Shown piece by piece: positions 40,170-53,047 of a DNA stretch of 64,000 nt. The translations under genes and the position numbers were made by a program. Position 1 is the first letter of the stretch. Each line of letters starts with the position of its first letter. Source of the stretch: Paramecium tetraurelia (Eukaryota); contig CT868563.1 of the NCBI GenBank assembly GCA_000165425.1, positions 310,001 to 374,000 on the forward strand, in the 5' to 3' direction. Under the pieces are notes generated by a model that was given only the letters and a program-made list of their open reading frames with translations, was not told the DNA's origin and did no database searches.

Positions 40170-41124
40170 ATTAAATGAGTAAATTTGTTAACCACATATA
40201 ACTATTTAAATGAAGATATGCACAAGCTAAAACAAGAGGGGTTGTAATGATATTGAGCATATCAAAAGTCTTTATGTCTTTAATTTTAACAAATGCTAAA
40301 AATGATCCAAAATAATTTCCCTTTGATCTCCTAGAATAAATTCCTTCTCTCTTTCTTTGTTTATTATGAGTATTGACAAAGAAACACAATTTCTAGTGGA
40401 TTCAGGATTGTTCTTCAAAAATATTAGGATTATTGGCAACATCCAAATTATAAAAACCTTAAAATCCTTATTTTGAGTTCTTTCTTTTTTCTACTCATAA
40501 TGCATATATATAGTTGAATAACTTTAAGTAGCAGCGATAGCTATGAAATCTAAATTTAGACAAATTACTTCGTTTGCATGAGAATCTATGAGCATCTTTA
40601 GTTAATCCATCATCTGAAGCATTTTTATATTGTAGCAATTGGAAAAACAATTACTTAATTTGATATTCTGAAAATAGATTGATAGAAGACTGATGTATTT
40701 TGAAACAGTTAGAATTATTAATGGCATCAGCTATAAAGGCTAATGGTTGTTATTTAAACAATGAAGGATGTAAAGATTAATGATAGTTTAATTGATTGTA
40801 AAAATTATTTGAGGAAATCATATAATACATCTTTAGTGAAAGTTATATAAAATAGTTCCAAATTTATCTAAACAAGTCCAAGTCAACTCAGCCATTCTTT
40901 TCCCTTGATTCTTTTTTACAAATAAGGCCATTATAATGAACCACAAGATCAGTATTCGGACTGCATTAAGAAATGGGCACATTTGTTATTTTAATTATGG
41001 GCCTTAAATTTCTAAAATTAGTTAAAAATAATAATTTTATGGACTGTTCGTAGTCTAATTTGTATACCAATCTATAAATCTTCTAGTCTAGATTAATATT
41101 ATTAAAAATGAGTAAGAACACTCA
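40170..41124 (-). pseudogene. Possible decayed gene remnant (WD40-like fragments)
   Basis: Coding-like fragments in shifting frames interrupted by TGA, e.g. IDSHANEVICLNLD. No continuous ORF. Confidence 0.3.
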
Positions 41125-41271
41125 TTTCCTTCTAATTTCCAATAATAAAATATTTCTAGTTAAATATAAACTAAATAGAACCCAAAACAAACAAACATCT
41201 TATTTGAAGTATATTTAATAATCATAATAATTAGAAATTCTTGTTTTATTTGAATTAAACATTTTATAATA

Positions 41272-43973
41272 ATGAAATAACATGCCAATAACTATTTTGT
41301 CATGAAGATAGCTAAGCCAATTTCATAAGTGAGTACTAATTCAGCAGTTACAAGATCAAATGAATTAAAGCCAGCATCCTATTTGACATTTACAAAGAGT
41401 AAACATAGAAGAAAGAATGAGACTGCAATAAAATTGCCAGAATTGCAGCCTAGCTCTGTTCGAGCCAAAACTGAATAAGATTAAACAGCATTAAATGAAT
41501 TCAAAAGATCTCTTGTCATCATTAGTAGAAAACCAAGTGCTACATTTGGATCTCAAAGATTAAAGACTTCGCCATCTATTCAAATTTGGGAACCAGAATA
41601 GATATCATAGCCACCAGTAGAATAAGTCCAAGTAATAACTACTAAATTCTACGATGTTCTTTGTGAAGAGTTGCTATTAAATAAAAAGCAATCCTAAATA
41701 AAAGAGAAAAGAAAAATACTTTTCAAGACAAGATTAAATGAATATGATAAATTTCAAGAGAAGAGCTCAAGGATGGTCAGAAAGATTATTCAACTCCTTA
41801 AAACTCATAGAGAAGGAAATGAAGAAAAAGAAATGAAAAGTAGAACCATTATTGAAACCAAAATGGCTAAATCTAGCCTTTTCTTTCATGCTTAGACTTA
41901 GTGTTTGCCTGAATAACATCAATTTAATCAGAAAGAACTCCTCTTTCAATAATAACTGTCAGTCATACCAAAAAGACACACAAAATATAGCGCACAACTA
42001 ACTTTAACTCAACAAGCTGAATCTTTAAAACCAATGAAGAGTTTAATTGAAGAAATTAAAGAAAAACAATAAGATCCAATCAGATAAGCTTCAATATGTC
42101 TTGTATCACCTAAACATCCAATAAACAATAGGAAAAAAATTAAATTAATTCTTGAGTGCGCAGAAGAGTAAAAATTTAGTAAATTTGAATTTTTTGTACC
42201 TGATTATATGGAATAAGATTAAGTAGTTTAGTTGTAATAATAAATTGATTAAGTTGAATCCAAAGATACTAAAAAGTCAAATATTTATTCTTTGGTTTCA
42301 AAAAATATGTTTAGCAAGTAATATATAGTAATAAATTAGAAAAACTAATTAAGTTTAGAATATTGGCGAATCTACTTTGGAAGAATTTAATACTGATAAA
42401 GCAACATAATTCACAAGATACTATCTCTAAAATTATACTTTAAAATGCATCAATTAGAAAAAAATCAAAGACAGAAAAGATGCAGAGTCTCTGCTGAACA
42501 TACTTCATTAAGATTCAAAGCAAGAATAATAGATCTTTGTATCCAAACCTCTTCTTGATTGTTCTATTATAGTAATTATTATTCTTACTTAAGAAAGACT
42601 TATAGACTACCTAATTTCAAGAAATTAATAGCTTGATTTATAGATGCATTGAACCATATGATTCACAAGATTCTAGTATGATATCCGATAATAGTTTCCT
42701 AAGTGATAAGAGCTTGATTGACTAGTCTACAGATTAAGGAATAAAGCTCAAATTCCTAAATTCAACAAAATTGATTAATCCAAATATATTCAAAGACAAA
42801 TTCATCAAATTTATCATATCCACTATCTCCGATGAATCTAAAAATAGTTTGCTTCATCAAGAAATAATGGCTTTTGCCAATCATATAGAAGAACTTATTC
42901 ATATAGATTATGATCTACCATAATAACCACGTAAATTAAATGATTTAATTCTATAGATCTGGAAGCTCTAAACCGACTCTTCCTTAAAATTAATACAACT
43001 GATAGAAAGAAATTTCTTAAGTCTTTTTTTAAGAAATTTGAAATCATATGCATAGGATTATTTGAAGATAACTTTAAACATCATTTAAATAAACCAGAGA
43101 AAGTATTTGTTAGTTACTGTTTTCAATAATAAGGAAACAGTTTAACTGATAATACTTCAATCAAATATTCAAATATGTTGAAATCTAAACATCACCGTGA
43201 GACTACAACAGAAACTGTTCCAAAATAATAGACAAACCTAATGATATTATCTCTACCTCCTGCAACTATAAAAAGTAGATCATAATCTCCTTCTAATTTT
43301 GTATTTATTTTATTTATATTTTTAAGAGTGAACCCAGAACCTAGAAAAAGGGCCTTCAAAATTAATAAGTTCTATTGAAAAATGTATAAAGAAGTAAATA
43401 ATATGTTTAATAAATTATTTAGAACAATCACAAAAATTTTTACAAATTTAAACTTCATCCAAATTTTAATTGCAACAATAAACCTCTAAAGTGTAATAAG
43501 TCTCATTAGGGTAGGATAAGGAATAATCATAAATAAAGAAGGTTAAATTGACTTAAATTTAAAATAATCTAAAATAATCATCTATGGATCCATAATCATT
43601 ATTATATAGAAGTATGATGATAAAGAAAACAAAAAATGATGATAGAAGTTTATATGAAAGAATTTTTCTAATGGTTGAGGAACATCGGCTTTTGGATTTG
43701 AAAGAAATTCTAAAATTAGAGGCATCAATTGATGTCAATTACCAAAATGATGAAGGTGACACAATGCTTATTTCAGCATCAAAATGTGGAGCAGTTTTAA
43801 TTGTAGAATTCTTACTAAAAAATAGGGCTGATGCCTCAATTTAAAATGTATAATTTATTTCTACTTTTTAGTATAATGGGTAAACAGCCATGGATGTGGC
43901 ATTAAAAAACTATTAATTCTAAACAGCAGATATCATATTTAAGTCTCTTTATCTAGATAATAACAATGTATGA
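41272..43973 (+). CDS. Large protein with C-terminal ankyrin repeats
   Basis: IDVNYQNDEGDTMLISASKCGAVLIVEFLLKNRADASI...NGQTAMDVALK. Long low-complexity N-terminal region with tiny introns. Confidence 0.8.
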
Positions 43974-43997
43974 GCATATTGATTTTATGTAAATATA

Positions 43998-45601
43998 TCA
44001 CTTTGGAGTCAGATATTTAGCTTTAGAATATATCTTAATTGGTTATAAGAAAGACTGATATTATTAATGTTTAATTGTTCCACTAGCTATCAATGAAGTT
44101 AAAAGCTATTCTGAACGTGCACAGGTTAGTAATAACAAAGCATTCCTCACACTTTAATTACTTTATTTTTTCAATTTTAATATATCATTCAGTGCTAATT
44201 CCTCTTTCTCTTGAGTTTGATACCTCTTTTGTTTTTTTGGGAAAGTGAATTATTCATTTTATTACAACTTTTTATCACCAGAGCACACCTGGAAATAATC
44301 TATAGGTTTTAGAGTTAAACGTTCAATAGATTTGTTGTTTAGCTTTTTGATTGAATAATTGCTTTGTTTAACGTGTTCAGTATTATTACTACAACTTCCA
44401 TCTTCAAATTTTCTATTTTCTGGAGCATATTAAGAATTTCTCAATTTATAATTTTTTCTCTGACCCTGAATTTCTATACTATTTTATAATTTATCGACTA
44501 TTTGAGATTATTTCTCATCTTCTTTAAACTTATTATCTACTTGTTTTAGGATAGGTTTTTTTTATGCATGATAACTTTATTGTAAATTGATGTCAGCTTT
44601 AAAACTATCCTCAATTGTGTATTAAGTCAAAGATCTCAAATTTTATTGATCCTTGACTATTTTTGATTTAGAGTGTTTAAAATTATGTGAATCATCCTGT
44701 TATTCAGGAATAATTTCAGTTTTTCTAATGTCATTCACTTAATTGTAGATGAGAGTATTTAGATTTCTAATTCTATTTTTTAATTTCTACTATCTATCTG
44801 CAGCCCTTAATTTCTCATGTTCACAAAAAGAATCATTTTTGTTGAGTCTCTTTAATTATTATTAAAATGACTTATTCCTCTCACTATCATTAGAATTTAA
44901 ACTATTCAGCAAGCTAATTTTATCACTCTCTATGTTTATCTAACTTAAATTTGGAGGTAGTTTTTATTGTTTGATTGTTTTCGTCTAATTTTCTTAGAAA
45001 TTACATTCTCTTAGTTTTTGGATTTATAATTTAAATAAGTTTTTCAAAGTATTGTTTTGATCATAGTTTTCTTCAAATAATTATACATCTTAATAGTATG
45101 TTTTGATTGTTTATTAAATTGATAGATTTCGCTGCATTAATTTATTAAACTTATATTCAAAAGTACTGGATAAGGTATCATAATTGATTATTGGTTGTAT
45201 TAATTGGGGATTGATCAATTGAAATTAGGGAACATCATGTATTGAAGAAATCGAAATTTCTCTGAAAGGTCTGGTGTTCATTTTCATTTCAAAATGCTTG
45301 AGATTGAGAATCTGGTAAGGTTGTTGATAATCAGGGTTTCTCTGGTTGAAATACTTTGATTGTAAAAGTGAAATGTAATCAAAGTCAAGTTTGCAATTGA
45401 ATAATTTTGGCTACAGAGGTTCTTCAGAGAGTCGAGTAGAGAGAGAGGTGACTAATCGTAACTATTATAGGGATTCACTTCTACCCTTTATTATTTAAAG
45501 ACTTCTTCGAGTGTTATTCCCCCAAAATTAATTTACTTTAAGCTTTGAGTAAACTTCAAGTGATCTCGAATTTGCAAAGCTGAATTAACAGGAAAATACA
45601 T
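43998..45601 (-). CDS. Hypothetical protein
   Basis: MYFPVNSALQIRDHLKF... long code-6 frame ending YLTPK*. Span is not a multiple of 3, implying at least one intron. Confidence 0.65.
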
Positions 45602-46577
45602 TTTATAATAGGCAAATGTCAAATTTACTATTTACACGAAAGAATTCTAGAAATAATCTAGATCTGATTAAGGCCATCTCTCCGTTTTTAAAATCCCATT
45701 TTCAACCTTCTAATTGCCTTAGTCTATTTCCAAAATTAGCTCATTTTAATCATTGAGTTACATCTTAGACATGAGAATTAAATGTTCTCTTTTGATGAAC
45801 AGTGAAACAATCTTATTTTTCATTTGCTTATTTTTTGATTGTAAATTTTATATATAAATATAATTTATATAATCCACATTTACTCCATTTTCTGACTATT
45901 CATAGTAAATGGAAGTCACCCCTTAAAAAAGACGAGTCAGTACTATCTAAATAGATTATTCTGTTTATTTTGACCTGAGTTATGAATAGTTTTTATTTCC
46001 ATGTTTTGATTTCCCATGAATTCATCTCTTATTATAAAAATATTTCATAGCATGTGTTGAAAATACTGTATGAAATTTTATTCGATATAAACCAGTTTTC
46101 TGGGCTATAAAATCAAGAAATAACCTTGATTTCTATTAGTTCTTAATCAAGGTTTATTTCTATCAAAACCTTAAATATTTATTTAACCAATTTTATTCAA
46201 AATAATCTAATAAAGTAAGATTGATTCCTTTTTTTGTAATAATTATTATGTGATTTCATAATTATTTATTTTCTATGGACAAAGTAATTGACTATGATGT
46301 TTCATGTATAGTAATTGAATTCTAATTGCATATATTTGATATATAATCAAGTTTGGTGTTTTTTCTCTTGCTTAAATATTACTAATTGTTTTAAGTAACA
46401 TTTATAATGAAGTATAGTTTAAATAAATTTTATTAGAAGTGAACAAGTTTGCCTTCTTATTTTCTTATAATTGAAGCTGCTCTATTATGTAAAATTAAAT
46501 TTTTTATTATAGAGAGATGCACTTTTACTTTAATTTTATTCCCCATATAATATTTATTATATGTATAATTGTATCTT

Positions 46578-47566
46578 ATGGATTAAATATTTGTTTAAGT
46601 AAGTGTCTAGCTTTTCTTCAGCCTTCAAAAGTTAAAGATTCTGATTAAAATTATCAACTGATCCAGACTAAGAGATTTAAAATAATTGAAGGTTGAACTA
46701 AGGAATGAGAGTAAGATAAATATCATATCTAAATTTAGATTACGATACTGAATTGGTTACATAAGATTTAGAAAATATAAGTTCCTTCATAAAATTTGAA
46801 GATGTTGGAAAAATCTGAAAATGTTGGTATCTAAAATAATCCCATTGATCTAAGTCAAGCAAGAGAATTCATACAGAACATTCCTAAATTGAATCTAAAT
46901 AATGTTGAAATACTCACAGAAGTAGGATTATAAGCTGCAGATATATTTCCAACCTAACTTGAAGATTATGAGAACTATGAACTGCTAGAAATAACCAGGA
47001 TGAATTTTCGTTTTAGGTTAGATATTATTAAACACCTGAAAAGTTTTATATTCCTCAAATGAGATATAAATTCACACTTAACACTACAATTAAAATTATA
47101 TTGCATTTATGAGAGATCTATAATTATAAAAATCACTAGATTCATCTATAGACTAATTTGAATCCCATTACTCGAATGAAGCTTTATCAATCAATTATTT
47201 CAGAAATAAGAAATAAGAAAATACTTTTCATGGATCCACGAGATTTTCTCTATATAAAATACACAAAATTTATTAATGAAGATACTATAATTGAAGTCAG
47301 TAAGTCATTTGAAAATCAAGACTTTTAGCTTTAGTAATTATATATTTAAATTTAGTGTTCAAACTACTAAATCAGCAACTAGGGCTATTTTGCTATTGAG
47401 TGGTAATTTGATTACATAAGTGGAACCAAACAAGATAGAAATATTAACGTTTTCTGAATGTAATATGAAATTGAAATTAAAACCAGCCATGACTAAAAAA
47501 GCTAGTAAAAATGAAATTAAGAAATTGATTTAAAGATACCAGGATCATTTCAATTATGTTTAATGA
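46578..47566 (+). pseudogene. START-domain gene with multiple frameshifts
   Basis: START-like motifs KILFMDPRDFLYIKY, TRAILLLSGNLI, LDSSIDQFE and intact introns. The frame breaks at ~46667, ~46800-46818 (imperfect 19-bp duplication, TGA), ~46990, ~47093 and 47204-47217 (AAATAAG duplicated). Confidence 0.75.
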
Positions 47567-47745
47567 CAATTAGCATCAATAACAACTTAATTATATTTCA
47601 CTTAATAATAATAAACCATCTACCTAGGTATTACAAAAAATGATAAAAATGCTTAGAAAGATTTTATATCATGAGATTATTCTGATCAGCAAATCATAAA
47701 TTTTTATTTTTATAATAATAACTTAATTAAATTTTTACTCGTTAA

Positions 47746-48317
47746 ATGAACTTGGATTAAGCATTCACATTCGGATAGGATTGTTATAATCAAGATTTAA
47801 TCAATCTGTCTAAGCATCCTAAAATAAGTAAAAAATCACCATTTTATTCAATTGTCAAACCAACCACGTATTTTTGTCACAATAAAAAAGATCATAAAAA
47901 AATTATAGAATCAAGGATACATCTGTTTAATAATTAACATAGACAATATAAAAAAATATGAATAAGGAGAATTATAATTCTCGTCAATGTAATGTTGCAT
48001 TACCTAAACACACTCGAAATCCAACAGATCTGAATTTAATGAGATTTGACACATCCCCAAATTCTCAAATAGAAATATCCAACAATTCTAGAGGCAATAA
48101 CTCACAATAAGACAATTAAAGAAAGCTATCATTCAATACACCCAATCAAACTATTAGAACTTCATTACCTCCTGTTAATAATAGTGAGAAATATAGAAAG
48201 TTAGCCTTATCAATGAAGGAACTCATTTAAAAGTAGAAATACAGTTATCAGATTGGAGATTATGAGGAATTGGAGGTTATTTTTGAAAAACTAGATTTAC
48301 TTTGTGATTAACTTTGA
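47746..48317 (+). CDS. Hypothetical protein
   Basis: MNLDQAFTFGQDCY..., one 23-nt intron, TGA at 48315-48317. Confidence 0.6.
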
Positions 48318-48355
48318 TATCTATATATTTTAATTAATTATTTTATAAAAAAAGA

Positions 48356-50497
48356 ATGAGTAATGCATAATTTGCATAAAAATTATTGAGATATGAAGGA
48401 AGACTATATTCCTAGAATTTGGAAATGCAAATATAAACCTTGCAAGAAGTAAAGTAGGAATTCAATGGATAATATAATCATCAAAGTCTTATGAATATGT
48501 TAGCTAAATACTTTTCATATACAAGTAGTTTAGTTCAAAGAATCAAGATTATTGAAATTATATAACAAAAATTCCCTATTCTTGTAAATCAAGTTGAGGA
48601 TTGGAAATAAATTGTTGAATATCTTTAATAAGAGTGTTTTAGTAGCAATCATTAAGTAAAATATGATTTGATTTTTAAGTTTAGAATGTTATCTCTCCAT
48701 GCCTTAAATTCCATAGTCCCAGTCCTGAAAGAATAATATAGCACTTTTCATATAGGAATTTTTGATATTTTTATCAATGCCAGCTATTAGAAAGAACTAT
48801 ATATTGCTAGTCTCACATTACTAAATACAGTCAGACTCCATCATTCCTACTCATTTATGAATAAAATAGCTTAACTTCCTGAAATAAAGATATTCAAAAC
48901 CAAAAAGCTCACAATACTTCTCAAATGTACATTAATGGCCAGGGCTTAATTTTGTAACACATTTTGATTTTATTGAATAGGTTTATTTGAATAACCAATC
49001 AGCGAATTGTTAGCAATTGTAAGACAACAGATAATTTCAGTACCTATGTCAAAAGAAGTGTTACATCTCTTATACAATTATCTTAAAATTGCTTCGCATT
49101 TCAAAGACTAAGAATCCTTCATTCTTAAAATTTTAACATCAGAAGAAACCATAAACTGTATTGGATAATGTTCTGAAAAGATTCAAGAACTTTTTAGGCT
49201 AAGTTACAAACACTATAAATTAGAATTTAAAACAGTGTATATAATTTATGGAGATCAATACTCAAAAAAAAATATAATAGAATCTATATTGTAATATGAT
49301 AACTTATACAATTACACTCAAATTTTATCTACAGAAGACTTAATCTCCTTTCAGGACTTGCTTTTTTATTCCTATGACTTTGCTTGTAATGAAATTGTCA
49401 AAACAGTAAGTGTTTAAACTGAATAAAAATTAATTCAGGTCTTGATCAAATTAGACCATCTGATAGGATAATTATTCGAAAAATAGATTAACTTAAGCAA
49501 AAAACCTTTTTCCTCATCTCAGAAATGTTTGAACAAATTATTATTGCTTTCTGTTTAATTACTATCTGCTTAAATTACGTTCACTGAATTCAAAGGAACC
49601 AACAGTTTAACTTTTATTTTAAGTTTACTTATAAAAAATTAAAATACCTATCTGATGTTATAATCAATTAAGCTCTTACTTTCAATTAATTAAGTTGAAT
49701 AAGCAACCTATTTGGCCTCTTAAATAAACAGCTAAAGTCCTTACACTTAAGTATTTTTGAGTTATCTAAAATCCTTATAAAACTCTGAAGAATTTACATA
49801 TTGGAATGATTTCTAAATTAATTCAACCTAGCATTTGATTAGACAGGAAATTTATGATTATTATCAAGAATTTGATAAATGTTTACAAGAAATATAAGAA
49901 ATTGAAATAGACTAAGCAATGGCTATGGAATTATTTTAAAAAATTACCTATCTGCTAAACAAAACCACAATTTTAAGTGCGAAAATTGAGTTCTTTTCGA
50001 ATAGAGCCTATGCAGAAGATGCTACCTTCTTTTAGTTCATTATTTTAGATAAGATAAATCTCTGTTTGTAAAGGAATTATCTAGACTTAGAAATAGAGTC
50101 TTTAAATTACGAGAATTCTAATCTTATAATTCAGAAACTAATTGAATATAACAAAAGTTTTTTTATTAAAAAATTCTTACCTAATTTAAGAAAAGACAAA
50201 TTAAAAGAGTTTATCAAACAAATGAGAAATTCTATTTACAATTATCCAAAGATTCTACTATAATTAATCTAAACACCAAACTTAGAGATTTAATGTTTTC
50301 AAGAAGATTAATAAGGATCGCATACTCTCTTAAGATTTTCAGCTCATCTAATCTCAAAAGAAAAAAAGGCAAACTGCAAATTGTTTTTGATTTACTCTAT
50401 CAATAACTTTTAAGAAATCTAAGTTGAAATGATTATGAAAGAATAATCATGTAAATATTTGAATATTAAATATAGCTCTTTTGAAAATTGTTGTTGA
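48356..50497 (+). CDS. Helical-repeat protein, Integrator subunit 7-like N-terminus
   Basis: LAKYFSYTSSLVQRIKIIEIIQQ...SSNHQFRMLSLHALNSI...E...H pattern resembles the INTS7 N-terminal region. Multi-intron frame to TGA at 50495-50497. Confidence 0.5.
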
Positions 50498-50913
50498 GGG
50501 TAATTCGACTATTGCATATCAATTAATTTGCAAATATTAAGGCATTTTGGTTCTGCAAACAGAAGTTTAAAACATGACTATCAATTGTGTATAAAATTGA
50601 ATATTTTATTATATCAAGAATTTTTTATTTTTGTTTTTAAGTAAAGTATTCTAAAATATCCTCATTATAAAGCATTTATTGAATAAGTTAATTGAGTATA
50701 GAGCTTCATTATAATACTTCTCTATTTATAGAAGCATTTTAGTTGCCACTAATTTCAAGTATTATCTTAGATTACTTTCATAAGGATATCCGTAAATGTG
50801 AAATTAGATAAATATCTTGAATTTGAAGCGTAAGTAATACAATTTACATATGATATTAATTTAGTTTATAAAATTTAGTTGTATTATTCAATAAATTATA
50901 AAATTAACGACTT

Positions 50914-51865
50914 ATGAGTAATGCTGCAGAAAAAATAAGTGATCTATTCAATGTTTCATTAACAGAGCTTGAAACAAATATTGTTGCAAGTGCTGTCAAA
51001 TTCAACGCATAACCTTAGCGTTTGCTCGATGTATAATTTCTAATGATGTTGTTTAGGAATTATAATAATCAGTGATGGATTTCAAGTCTAAATTCTATGA
51101 ATCTCTACATAACTTATTACAGTTTATTGCTTAATTCAATAATGGCAAGGATATATTAAAAATAACTCAATAAGTTGAAACTCACATAACAAAATTCAAA
51201 TAATAACAACTTCTTATTTAGATGAAAGTAGTGCTAAATAGCAAATTAAAAGCTTTACTAGAAACATTCTGCGGAGAAAATTAGCAAAAATTTGAAGTAT
51301 CAAAATTTATAAATATTGTAGGTCTAAAATTAAATCAAGCATCTCAAGGATTCCTTGTTTAAGATAGAAACAACTCTCATGGAATAGTAATAGCTTACAT
51401 CGACTCCATAATAACATTTCATAACTCCATATCCAAAAAAGAATTTCATAACAGCATCATCTTAAGATATCTTGACACCAAATTTGAGTGACGAGGCCGA
51501 AATGAGAGGAAGAGGTTTCTTTATAACCCCTGAAAATAGATAACAACAGCCAAGATAATTTGATCACTCTTAATAACAATTTTCTTCAAATGAAAGTTAT
51601 TCTGTTTAACAGAACAAAACATTAAATTCTTTCGATAAAGAAAAATCAGAAGATAAAACTGATCTACAAAGTCCATTTTTTGGATTACAATAAGGGAATA
51701 CCTAATAACCCAAGTTATTTTAAAATGAAACTATGAATGATTATTTGCAAAGAGTCCCTCTTGATGAAGGTCCCCAAGAATCCCAACTATTGGATGAATC
51801 TACTCAAAATTTTCATTAAGAATAAATAACTAAAACTATATAATAATTACAATAACAACAGTAAC

Positions 51866-51899
<34 letters not shown>

Positions 51900-52482
51900 G
51901 CAATAATAATAATAACAACAATCACAATAGTAACAATAATAACTATAACAATAGTAATAATTATAGCCATAATAATCTAATAAGAATCAATAAAAGGTAC
52001 AGTCATAACCACAAAAATAATAGACCTAATGGTAAAATTTGCAATTACAGCAAACATTTTAACATTTAGATTCGTTATAAACAACGCGAACAGAATAATT
52101 GGAAACATAAGCAAGAGTATCGACTCCAAAAGATAATTAAGCCTAAACTCGAAATTAATCAGTTGAACCAAATATTAGAGATATTTCATAGTCGCCTAAT
52201 GGAAAGAGACTAATATAAACTTCAAAATCAAAGGAACCATTTTCAAGATGCCGATCCTCACTGGAAACAACAAATCTACTCCAAAAATTAAACTCTGTTG
52301 AGGCTTCAAAGTCTAGCAATAAGCTTAATAAATCAAAATCCAATAAAGAAAATTAATCTTAACCTGTAGTTAAGTGTTCAAAACCAAGTAAGCCTCAAAT
52401 TACTGTTTCAAAGCAAAAAAATTAAATCGCTACTAAACCCCAGTTATAGATCAACTTAGTTAAGAAATAAAAGTCAAATTGA
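50914..52482 (+). CDS. Poly-Gln-containing hypothetical protein
   Basis: MSNAAEKISDLFNVSL... with a long Q-rich tract. TGA at 52480-52482. Confidence 0.7.
51841..51980 (+). repeat. Degenerate (TAA/CAA/TAG)n tract encoding poly-Gln
   Basis: In-frame run taa taa tta caa taa caa cag taa caa taa... inside the 50914 gene. Confidence 0.85.
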
Positions 52483-53047
52483 TTTATTCGTTAATTGTTT
52501 AGTATATTATAAAGCTTAAAATTATTTCGATAACTTTATATCAAGTATTTAATTTAATTAAACTTCTAATTGTTTTGGGAATCATTAAAAATACCTTCTA
52601 AATTGATAAAAAAGAAAAAAAAGAGAAAATGTTTAAAACAGAAGAACAGATATATAAATAAATAATAAGCCATATAATTTATTTATATTCTATTTTATGT
52701 ATTTTATTGCTTAAGATTAAAATCTAAAATAATAAAAGTAAGAACCCTTTCTCAAAAATTTAGGAACTTATCTATAGCAGTGCTAATTCTCCAAAAAAGA
52801 GAAAATTAATTCACTACATTCTTATTTTCATATTTCTAAGGGATAATTATCATCTTCATATATTTAGCCTAATATTTACATAAACCTTTAATAAATTAAT
52901 AACTGACTCCAAACAAATTGTTATTAAGTTTAAACTATAAGCAATTCTTGATTCAAAGAATATTTTTCTTCGGTTAATGCTTAATTTGTTAGTTTTAGTT
53001 TTCTTATTTGTTCATTTATACTTTCCTGTTATATATAATTAATTTAT

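Noticed and set aside
47211..47217. AAA-TAA at a +1 frame change, resembling Euplotes programmed frameshifting
   Set aside because: TAA is a sense Gln codon here, so there is no stop-induced stall. The shift is explained by a 7-bp duplication, and the gene has several other lesions.
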